Positions 48,875 to 57,404 of a DNA stretch of 64,000 nt are shown one piece after another. The stretch is from the NCBI GenBank assembly GCA_035555335.1, contig DATMGS010000019.1, forward strand, positions 77,500 through 141,499, written 5' to 3'. This DNA comes from Puia sp. (GTDB lineage Bacteria; Bacteroidota; Bacteroidia; Chitinophagales; Chitinophagaceae). The notes beneath the pieces are model-generated. The model saw nothing but the letters and a program-made list of their open reading frames with translations, did no database searches and was not told where the DNA came from. Position 1 is the stretch's first letter. Every line of letters starts with the position of its first letter. Both the position numbers and the translations under genes were made by a program.

Positions 48875-49037
48875 TATTGCTCCTTTTATAGTGATCTTCT
48901 ACCTTTATCCCGATAAGAGCCACAGATATATAGTACCAGACCTGACCGCCTGTTCAGATCCTGTATACCCTGCCATAGACCTGCCTGGTTACTTTCCTCC
49001 ATTCAACGGCGAGCGGGAATAAATTAAATAACAATAC

Positions 49038-49646
49038 ATGCAACCAATTCTCTTTTTCTGGATAGCCTTTCTGGTCTTGCTGGCACTGATGGTGTTCCTG
49101 GACCAAAAGTTCTTTATGCTGCGGGACAGCAGCACAGCCCTGCCCAAGCCATATAGCTATGCCCGGGTGCAGCTGGCCTGGTGGACGCTGGTGGTGCTGT
49201 CATGCATCATTGCGATCCTGCTGGCGGGCAGTGCGATGCCTACGCTCGACAGCTCGACACTGATCCTGCTGGGGATTGCAGCGGGTACTACGGTGGCGGC
49301 CCGGCTGATCGATGTCTCCGACCATACCAATTCGGGTACCGGCCTGGTCAGCCAGAATTTCCCAGGCGAAAATTTCCTGTTGGATATTTTGTCCGATAAG
49401 AACGGGGTAAGCATTCATCGGCTGCAGTCGGTACTGATCAATATCATCTTCGGGGTCTGGTTCATCGCGCAGGTGCTCCGGCATTTGACGGGGGTGAACC
49501 CCTGCCTGCCAGGGGATGCAGATTGTTTAAAACACCCGCTTGATTTTATCATGCCGGTGATCAGTACGAATAACCTGATCCTGCTGGGGCTGAGCTCGGG
49601 GACTTATGCGGCGCTGAAGACCACGGAGAATAAGACGGCGGCATAG
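49038..49646 (+). CDS. Hypothetical membrane protein with internal duplication
   Basis: Two repeats: SYARVQ...MPTLDSSTLILLGIAAGT and SIHRLQ...MPVISTNNLILLGLSSGT. Confidence 0.8.
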   Translation: MQPILFFWIAFLVLLALMVFLDQKFFMLRDSSTALPKPYSYARVQLAWWTLVVLSCIIAILLAGSAMPTLDSSTLILLGIAAGTTVAARLIDVSDHTNSGTGLVSQNFPGENFLLDILSDKNGVSIHRLQSVLINIIFGVWFIAQVLRHLTGVNPCLPGDADCLKHPLDFIMPVISTNNLILLGLSSGTYAALKTTENKTAA

Positions 49647-49719
49647 GGGCGATAGATTATTTATTATTTTTTTATTATATATATTGAAGATATATTAGAT
49701 CTTTATTTAATCTAATTCT

Positions 49720-51822
49720 ATGGATCGAAAGGAGAACGACCTCACACATATCAGGTTTCGAAAGGATTTTTCCTATGCTAAGAAAACGCCCACTTTCGTC
49801 AGCAATGCGATCGGCGCCTCCGATGAGATAGCGAGATGGGTGCTCGATTGGAATGATGTCTTATATAAGGACGAACCCCATGCCCCCGCCCTGTGCACTC
49901 CTGTTATGAATAGATTGATTGGTGACGGCAATACCGGCGGCCCGGGCCCTGTTTTGATCAGGACGGATGCGCTGCTCTATACGACAGAGAGTGTGATCGT
50001 TTATTTCGAACAACGTTGTGCGCCGGAGAAGCGGCTTCTGCCGGCGGATGCCGCTAAGAGACAGGAAGTAGTGACTTTATATAATCTGTTTACCGGCCCC
50101 TTTGAAGGGAACGTATACGGGTATCTCTATGGACAGTTGCTCGCCAACCCGGGAGAAGCGCGGAGCTGGTTTACACAGGGCGTTCCCTTCGGGGAGAAAC
50201 TGCAGTATATGCTGTCGTTTGGCGCCCTGCGAAAAGAGCTGACCCGCGAATGGGGGCTGGCGGAGAAGCCGGCGGGAGAGAGGCTCGCCTATATTAAAAA
50301 AATATTCGGGGATGTGGATACGATACTGAGCGATGGCCGCAGATACCTGACGGGAGACCGGTTGACCATCGCCGATATTGCTTTCGCCGCTGTAGCAGCG
50401 CCGTTGCTCCTGCCCATTGAATTCGGGGGAGCAATAGGGGCGATCCACACGGTGCCCACAGAGATGCGCAGAGAAGTGGAAGAGCTTAGGGCGACCCCCG
50501 CAGGTCAGTATGTTTTGCTGCTCTACCAGGATGAGCGCCCCCTGCGGCGTAGCCGGAAAGATATCCCGAAGGACCCGGGCCCTTTGGGAAAGCTGGGTTT
50601 GCAGCTGGGGCTGGCGCTGGACCGGAAGAAGACAGGGCTTTTCTGTTTCCTGCAAAAGCACTTCCCCGTACTGAGGCTGGGAATAGTAGGGCTGGCGGCC
50701 GTCTGTAAGAATGACCTGCTGGTAGAAATGATGGAGCGGGATAATGATTTTACCGTGGAGGAGATCAATGGTAAGAAGATGGCCAATCAGAAGGGGGCCT
50801 TCTTTTTAGGTTTTGACCGCAATAACCCCCAGTTCGACCGGGAACGGAATTTTGTCCGCCGGACGGCGAAGAAAGAAGACATGGACCGGATCCGGTCTTT
50901 TATCCGGGATTCCTGCGAGCAGATCCTGCGACAGGCGAGATCTTATGGCAAGGTGGATGTGGCCGATTCGATGTGTTATACGGTATTGGTGCGTTTCATC
51001 GACGATTATTTCGGGGTGCCGCCTCCCACGGAGCCGATTATGCGACATTGGCTTCGCGTATTGTTCTATGACCTGTTCCTGAATTTTACCAATGACGCGG
51101 TCAAGCACCAGGAAGCTGTAAGCGCCGCCCTGGACAGAAGGGTGTGGGTCCTGCAGCTGATCAGGGACCGGCGGCGTGATCTGGATACGGGTAAGACTTT
51201 AGCCGATAATGTGTTGAACCGGATGATCCTGCTGCAAAGGGAGGAAGGCAACGGATGGTTCGACGATGAGACGATCCAGCGTAATATCGGGGGATTGATC
51301 ACGGGTATCCTGGAGACGACGAATAAGGCAGTAGTGCTGGTATTGGATGAACTGTTCAACCGGCCCGATGTGCTGAAGGGAGCGATCGATACGGCGCAGA
51401 TAAAGGATATGAAAAAGATGTATGGGTATGTGTCCGAGGCGCTGCGATTTAACCCCGCGCAGCCCGGAGTGATCCGGTATTGTGAGAGCGGGCAGGTGCT
51501 GAAAGGCAAGGGGACCAAACCATACCGGATCAAAGCAAAACGCAAGGTCTTCGCGCTGACGGCCTGCGCGATGATGGACCCGGCCGTATTCCCTGAGCCC
51601 CGGCAGTTCAACCCTCAGCGGGAGGCCGTCTATATGAACTACGGATACGCATTGCATGAGTGTTATGGTAAGTACATCAATGCGGTGACGATCTCCGAGT
51701 TTGTGGCGGCCGTGCTGCGTTTGCCCGGTATCCGGCGGGAGCCGGGATGGGCGGGGCGGGGGACGGGCCTGCATGTGGGACCGTTCTTTAACAATTTTGT
51801 AGTGCGATTCGATACCATTTAA
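49720..51822 (+). CDS. Glutathione S-transferase-fold / cytochrome P450 fusion protein
   Basis: GST-like N-terminal part (ARWVLDW...HAP; YLTGDRLTIADIAFAA); P450 C-terminal part with GILETT (I-helix), EALR, PRQFNP and YGYALHECYG (Cys codon at 51661). Confidence 0.85.
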   Translation: MDRKENDLTHIRFRKDFSYAKKTPTFVSNAIGASDEIARWVLDWNDVLYKDEPHAPALCTPVMNRLIGDGNTGGPGPVLIRTDALLYTTESVIVYFEQRCAPEKRLLPADAAKRQEVVTLYNLFTGPFEGNVYGYLYGQLLANPGEARSWFTQGVPFGEKLQYMLSFGALRKELTREWGLAEKPAGERLAYIKKIFGDVDTILSDGRRYLTGDRLTIADIAFAAVAAPLLLPIEFGGAIGAIHTVPTEMRREVEELRATPAGQYVLLLYQDERPLRRSRKDIPKDPGPLGKLGLQLGLALDRKKTGLFCFLQKHFPVLRLGIVGLAAVCKNDLLVEMMERDNDFTVEEINGKKMANQKGAFFLGFDRNNPQFDRERNFVRRTAKKEDMDRIRSFIRDSCEQILRQARSYGKVDVADSMCYTVLVRFIDDYFGVPPPTEPIMRHWLRVLFYDLFLNFTNDAVKHQEAVSAALDRRVWVLQLIRDRRRDLDTGKTLADNVLNRMILLQREEGNGWFDDETIQRNIGGLITGILETTNKAVVLVLDELFNRPDVLKGAIDTAQIKDMKKMYGYVSEALRFNPAQPGVIRYCESGQVLKGKGTKPYRIKAKRKVFALTACAMMDPAVFPEPRQFNPQREAVYMNYGYALHECYGKYINAVTISEFVAAVLRLPGIRREPGWAGRGTGLHVGPFFNNFVVRFDTI

Positions 51823-51833
51823 ACCAATATTTC

Positions 51834-53096
51834 ATGACGCATCAACATCCACTGACGCTTGTTACGCCCGTGAAAGACGGGGAACATGATAGCCTGCATA
51901 GCTTGCTCATGCAGATACGGGCGGATGTGCAGGCCGGTATCCCCCAGTCTTTCGAGAGCCTGGGCACGATCCACTATGCCCGTTGGATATTGCTGGAACC
52001 CAAAGATGCCGATGGCAACGTCGAGACGGATGTGGGCGTACGGTTGGTTTTCTCCTCCAACTATGACGGAGACGAGGATGTTCATCTGACCGGATTGGCC
52101 AATCATTGCGCCGTTTTCATCGATCAGCTCTACGGGCATTGCGAGGGATATCCTGCCCCGGCCAGCCGGACGGTAGAGAATCGTAAACAATATTTAGCGA
52201 AGTGGCGGGTGAAGGAGTCCGCCTTCTTTGTAGGCGCGCCGGGCAGGACCCTGCCGCAGATCCGCCAGGAGAACGAGCTGCGCAATTACGTCTGGACCCG
52301 GATCAATCAGGGCGACTGGAAGGGAAAGTCGGCCCGGGAGATCCACCAGGTCCTGAAGCAGGACGTATTGGATAAACCCGGATTTCAATGGGCGCGGCAA
52401 TCTATAACCATACCGGGTATCCGGTGGCTGGGCATGGTCCTGCTGGGACTGATCCTGCTGATCCTTCTGCCGGTCATCATCATCTGGATCCTGCTGTTGC
52501 ACTTCCTCTTCGAACGGACCGATGAACCGCTGGGACTGACACCCAGCCAGGTGAGCGGAGCGCATGTCAAAGAGCTGGAAGAGTATGAGGACCTCGCCAA
52601 TCAGAATCAGTTTACACAGGTGTTGATCATGAAACCGGGCATGATGCGGCTGATCACACTGAAAGGGCTGATGTTGTTTGCGAAGGCGCTGATCAGCTTT
52701 CTCTTTGTGAATGGCAAGCTCATGGGGATACCTACGATCCATTTTGCCCGCTGGGTAATGATCGACAATCAGAAGAGGATGTTGTTCTTCAGCAATTTCG
52801 ACGGGAGCTGGCAGCAATACCTGGGCGATTTTATCGATAAGTCGGGATGGGGACTGACGGGGATCTGGAGTAATACCATCAAGTTCCCGCGCACAAAATT
52901 TCTCTTTACCGGCGGCGCTTATGATGAGGAACACTTTCTGGCCTGGAGCCGTTATTTCCAGGTGCCGACTGCCGTCTGGTATTGTGCATATCCGCGTCTG
53001 TCGATCAAGAATGTCATCAACAATTCCTATATCCGCAATGAGCTGTTCCGGGATCTGAGCGAAGAGGAGGCGAGGAATTTCTTACAGCGGTTCTGA
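51834..53096 (+). CDS. Hypothetical protein with duplicated TIH[YF]ARW...SN[YF]DG domain and central TM helix
   Basis: Domain 1 GTIHYARW...FSSNYDG, domain 2 PTIHFARW...FFSNFDG, separated by WLGMVLLGLILLILLPVIIIWILLLHFLF. Confidence 0.85.
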   Translation: MTHQHPLTLVTPVKDGEHDSLHSLLMQIRADVQAGIPQSFESLGTIHYARWILLEPKDADGNVETDVGVRLVFSSNYDGDEDVHLTGLANHCAVFIDQLYGHCEGYPAPASRTVENRKQYLAKWRVKESAFFVGAPGRTLPQIRQENELRNYVWTRINQGDWKGKSAREIHQVLKQDVLDKPGFQWARQSITIPGIRWLGMVLLGLILLILLPVIIIWILLLHFLFERTDEPLGLTPSQVSGAHVKELEEYEDLANQNQFTQVLIMKPGMMRLITLKGLMLFAKALISFLFVNGKLMGIPTIHFARWVMIDNQKRMLFFSNFDGSWQQYLGDFIDKSGWGLTGIWSNTIKFPRTKFLFTGGAYDEEHFLAWSRYFQVPTAVWYCAYPRLSIKNVINNSYIRNELFRDLSEEEARNFLQRF

Positions 53097-53139
53097 GGGC
53101 GCGGCGACGTCCACATTTTTAAAGGTTTAAATTTATTTT

Positions 53140-54549
53140 ATGGAAGAGACATTAGAGCTATCGGATATACAGGGATATATCATCAGGGGATACAAATACA
53201 TGCAGTATTCCCGGTATGCGGTGCTGCGGGTGACCGACGCCGTGGAAGCCCGAAAATTCCTGAAAGACCATGTGGACGAGGTGACGAATGTGACGCATCA
53301 TGCGAAAACGAATTGCCTGAATATCGCTTTTACCTGCGCCGGGCTGAATGCGCTGGGGTTGAAGAATTCCAACCTGGCTTATTTCACCCGGGAGTTCCGG
53401 GAGGGGATCACGTCGGCGCATCGTCAGCGGCTGCTGGGAGATACGGGAGACAGCGCTCCGGAGGCCTGGCGTTGGGGAGGACCCGATAACGAAGCCGTAC
53501 ATCTGTTGTTGATGGTCTTTGGGAAGGATAAAGAGACGGCATTGAGCTATTATACAAGGCTGCAGAAGGAATTTGCGCCGGGATTGGCGGAGGTATTGCA
53601 GATGGATGGACAGACTTTGCCGATGAACAGGGAGCATTTTGGTTTCCGGGATGGGATCTCGCAGCCGATTATCAAGGGGAGCGGACGTAAGGGGCCGGAG
53701 AATGATTATATCAATGCCGGGGAATTCCTGATGGGCTATAAGAATGAATACGACGTATACCCGGATACGCCGCTGCTGGGCGAGGACCAGGGGGAAAGCT
53801 TCCTGCTGCCTTTCGATGCGGCGGGCACGGGGAAGAAGGATCTGGGACGCAATGGCAGCTATATGGTGATGCGGCAGCTGCAGCAGGATGTGAAGGCGTA
53901 TTGGGAGTTTATGAATGAGAAGACCAGGAATACGGATGGCTCTGTCAATGCGGAGGAAAGTACCAGGCTGGCTTCGAAGATAATGGGCCGCTGGCCCAGC
54001 GGGGCGCCGGTGGTGAAGTTCCCGGACAAGGACCCGGGGGGAGAATCGAATGACGATTATTTTACGTATTCGGATCTGGATAAGGAAGGGCTGAAATGCC
54101 CGTTTGGCTCCCACCTGCGCCGGACCAATCCCCGGGATAACTTCGAGGACAACGGACCGAAAGAGTCGATGCGGCTTACGCGGCGGCATCGGATCATGCG
54201 CCGGGCGAGGCTGTATGGGGATCCTTATATGGGATCTCCGTCGAACTATACGCCGGACGGGGAGGTCGGGCTAATCTTTACCTGCTTCAATACAGATATC
54301 TCACGGCAGTATGAGTTCATTCAATATACCTGGGCGAATTATCCTAAATTCAAAGAGCTGTATAATGACCCGGACCCGGTGTGCGGAGTGAAACATGACC
54401 CCGGACCGGGAGTGGAGCAGAACTTTACGATACAGGCGGAGCCGGTGAATAAATATGTGACGGGGTTGCAGCGGTTTGTAACGGTGAGAGGTGGAGCCTA
54501 TTTCTTTTTCCCTTCCGTCACAACCATCACCTACTTAAGCACCTTATAA
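53140..54549 (+). CDS. Dye-decolorizing (DyP-type) heme peroxidase, no signal peptide
   Basis: DIQG, EHFGFRDGISQP (catalytic Asp), GSYMVMRQLQQ, GRWPSG, CPFGSHLRRTNPR (proximal His), IMRR (distal Arg), GGAYFFFPS. Confidence 0.93.
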   Translation: MEETLELSDIQGYIIRGYKYMQYSRYAVLRVTDAVEARKFLKDHVDEVTNVTHHAKTNCLNIAFTCAGLNALGLKNSNLAYFTREFREGITSAHRQRLLGDTGDSAPEAWRWGGPDNEAVHLLLMVFGKDKETALSYYTRLQKEFAPGLAEVLQMDGQTLPMNREHFGFRDGISQPIIKGSGRKGPENDYINAGEFLMGYKNEYDVYPDTPLLGEDQGESFLLPFDAAGTGKKDLGRNGSYMVMRQLQQDVKAYWEFMNEKTRNTDGSVNAEESTRLASKIMGRWPSGAPVVKFPDKDPGGESNDDYFTYSDLDKEGLKCPFGSHLRRTNPRDNFEDNGPKESMRLTRRHRIMRRARLYGDPYMGSPSNYTPDGEVGLIFTCFNTDISRQYEFIQYTWANYPKFKELYNDPDPVCGVKHDPGPGVEQNFTIQAEPVNKYVTGLQRFVTVRGGAYFFFPSVTTITYLSTL

Positions 54550-54567
54550 CAACTAAAAAATCTATTC

Positions 54568-55005
54568 ATGAGTCCTGACACCATGTTCGAACTAACCTCC
54601 CTGTTTGCCGGAATCGGCTGGATCGCCCTTCTTTTTGTGAGCCCCTACTGGCCCGGCTTCGACAAATTCCTGATCGGCGTGATCATTGCCTTGCTGGCTT
54701 GTGTCTATACCTGGTTGAATTTCTCCAACTTCAGCCCGGATATCCTGAAGAATTTCAGCTCGCTGGAAGGAGTGATGAAACTGTTCCAGATCCCCGAACT
54801 GGTGGTGGCCGCCTGGGTCCATATCATGGCCTTCGATCTTTTAACCGCCGTCTGGATAAAGAAGAATTCCCTGCAACTGGGGATCGGGCATGGCTGGATC
54901 ATACTTTCCCTGATCTTTTCCTGCCTTTTCGGGCCATTGGGTTATCTTATCTATCTGCTGACCCGCTGGATCAGGACGAAAAACTATTTTTCTACGAATT
55001 TTTGA
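54568..55005 (+). CDS. ABA4-like / DUF4281 membrane protein
   Basis: AWVHIMAFDL and FGPLGYLIY motifs; four TM helices. Confidence 0.85.
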   Translation: MSPDTMFELTSLFAGIGWIALLFVSPYWPGFDKFLIGVIIALLACVYTWLNFSNFSPDILKNFSSLEGVMKLFQIPELVVAAWVHIMAFDLLTAVWIKKNSLQLGIGHGWIILSLIFSCLFGPLGYLIYLLTRWIRTKNYFSTNF

Positions 55006-55183
55006 CCGTAGAAGGACATAAAACGCCGTCAGGCGCGTTATTAATGCTTCCATTCTGTGAGATAAACGATTGAATAAATGAGTGTTTGACGGTTGAACAA
55101 ATGATTGTTGAACTTGTTTAATAAAATGACACGAGGGTTGCTGCCAGATGATACAAAGGAAGAATTAACTAACACGATAGAAC

Positions 55184-55435
55184 ATGCAACTTGTCAACGA
55201 CGCGAGCGGGGTGCCCCACCCTGAAATTAAGTGTACGGTATGTGGAGTGGCTTTGTACGCGACGGATTGGGGTAGTTTCGAAGTGACCTATCATTGTTCC
55301 TCCGCAGAAGCGAGGTTCTGGGATTTCGACCGTGGAACACCTGATCTGACCCGGGCCAAAGAACATTGGGATAAATCCAAACAGGAAATATTGCTGGATC
55401 GCAGCGAGGAGAAGAAGCTGGACGCGACAGGATAG
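55184..55435 (+). CDS. Small hypothetical protein with possible zinc-ribbon ligands
   Basis: 83 aa; CTVCG and YHCSS; A-rich start context. Confidence 0.6.
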   Translation: MQLVNDASGVPHPEIKCTVCGVALYATDWGSFEVTYHCSSAEARFWDFDRGTPDLTRAKEHWDKSKQEILLDRSEEKKLDATG

Positions 55436-55501
55436 ATCTCGCCCCGGCCCCCTCTTCTCTTTGCGACCATCACAGAATGGCTCCGCGATTACTCACCGCG
55501 A

Positions 55502-56254
55502 TCAGTTCGTGGCTCCTCCATTTACTAATAAATGCTGACCCGAAACGAAAGACGATAAGTCGCTGGCAAAAAACTCGGCCAGGTTGGCTACGTCTTCTAC
55601 TTCCGCAAGCCTCCCCATCGGACAGCTATCCAGCAACTGTTTTCTTAATTCGGGATAGGCCTTGGGATCTGCAAAGATGCCCGAATGATCCACGGCAAAA
55701 GGAATGATCGAATTGACGGTAACCCCTCTGTGTCCGATCTCTTTGGAGAGGATGTCGACAAGGTAGCGGGGCGTGGTCTTGCTGCCGCCATAGACCGCCA
55801 TGCCGGGAACGGGGAAGCTGGTGGTGCTGGATGCCACATAAATGATCCTGCCATTGTCTTCTATATGCCGGGCTGCCTGCTGCAAGGTGAAGTACGTGCC
55901 CTTGGTGTTGATGGAAAACACCCGATCGAATTGTTCTTCCGTAAAATTGACCACCGGTGTCTCGACCAGCTCGATACCCGCATTGGCCACGACGATATCT
56001 ATTTTCCCAAAGGCTGATTTTGCTTCCGTAAATAACTTTTCCAGATCGGCGACCTTGCTGACATCGGCCTGGATAGCAATCACTTTGACACCCATAGCTT
56101 TAATATTGGAGACCACTTCTTCGGCGGATGCCTTGTCCCTGGAGTAGTTGATGACGATGTCGGCGCCCATGGCGGCATAACGCTCTGCAATGGCTTTGCC
56201 TAAACCTCTGGCTGATCCTGTAACCAGGGCGACTTTGTTCTTTAAACTGTTCAT
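55502..56254 (-). CDS. Short-chain dehydrogenase/reductase (SDR)
   Basis: TGSARGLG, NAG, YGGSK (YxxxK). Confidence 0.95.
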   Translation of the reverse strand: MNSLKNKVALVTGSARGLGKAIAERYAAMGADIVINYSRDKASAEEVVSNIKAMGVKVIAIQADVSKVADLEKLFTEAKSAFGKIDIVVANAGIELVETPVVNFTEEQFDRVFSINTKGTYFTLQQAARHIEDNGRIIYVASSTTSFPVPGMAVYGGSKTTPRYLVDILSKEIGHRGVTVNSIIPFAVDHSGIFADPKAYPELRKQLLDSCPMGRLAEVEDVANLAEFFASDLSSFVSGQHLLVNGGATN

Positions 56255-56283
56255 GACGATTATTTTTTTGTTGGGTTAATAAA

Positions 56284-56602
56284 TTAAGCCATCGCTCCGT
56301 TGATGCCCCTGCCGCCGATCTCTTTGGAGAATACGCGCGTCAGCTGCTCCACAGCCGATTTGGTAGCGGCATAGGTCGAGTAAGTGGGAACCATCACCCG
56401 GTTGTTGGTGCTGGAAAAATTAATGATGCTGCCTTAATTTGGTGATCATAATGCCGGCATTGTTCACCAGCACATCGATCTTGCCGTAGACGGCGATGGC
56501 TTCGCCGCCCTGGGTTTTAATCTCCGCGACCAGCTGTTCGGCGACGTCCTGACCGCCTGCGTAGTTGACGACTAATACTACTTTGCTGTTTAACGTGCTC
56601 AT
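56284..56602 (-). pseudogene. SDR pseudogene with four internal deletions and a frameshift
   Basis: Retains KVVLV, VNYAG, YGKIDVLVNNAG and (in a shifted frame) GSIINFSS...YAATK...GRGIN GAMA, but lacks the intervening blocks present in the adjacent intact SDR. Confidence 0.85.
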
Positions 56603-56687
56603 ATTTTTTCGTTTTTGTTTGATGACACAAAGTTGAAATATAAGCCCGCCAAAAAAATACGGATATCACACTATAAGATGCAAAATT

Positions 56688-57400
56688 CTAAGATCGGCCT
56701 TTGCCGGCCTGTTTCCGATACAGGATAGGGGAGAGGTCGGTGTGTTTTTTAAAGTAATTGCTGAAGTGGGTGGACTCGGGGAAGCCCAGCTGCCAGGCGA
56801 TCTCCTTGATGGAAATAGAAGAGTTCTGAAGGAGGGACCTGGCCTCGGCGATGGTCTTGTCAGAGATCCAGGCGCCGACGGATTTGCCGGTCTTGCTTTT
56901 GATGACGTTGCTGAGATAGTTGGGATGCAGGTGCTGAGCCGCGGCATAGTCCTGGATGCGGAAGACCTTTGTTTCGGACCCTTTCAGGAGGTTACGGTAG
57001 TGTTGTTCAAGTGTCTTTTTGAAGGATTTGACGATCTGGGAGGAACGGTTGCCTTCGTAAATGGGATTGTATTCCGACCAGAAGTATTCCTTTATTTTCA
57101 GCAGCAGGACGACGAATAAGTTGCCGATCACCCGGTTCTTATAGACAGAGCTGGAAAGATATTCTTTATGGATCTGTCCATAGAGCTGTTCGAATTCCGC
57201 AAACATCTCAGGTTGCAGCACCCGCGGGGGAACTGTCTCGGCCAGGAGAAAAGGGAATTCATCGAAGATGTTGGGGTGTACGTTTTCTTTCAGGAAGGAT
57301 TCGCTGAGAGTGATCAGGTAAATGGCGTCTATGTTATGCCATGATAAACGTATTGCTGGTGCAGCGAGTTAAAAACCAGGGCCTTTTCTTGGGTTGCCAT
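56688..57400 (-). pseudogene. AraC family transcriptional regulator, frameshifted by an apparent internal deletion
   Basis: The ATG at 57400 gives MATQEKALVFNSLHQQYVYHGIT then stop. A second frame (WHNIDAIYLITLSESF...) runs into an intact AraC HTH (HLHPNYLS...SIKEIAWQLGF...HFSNYFKK). Confidence 0.75.
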
Positions 57401-57404
57401 CTAT

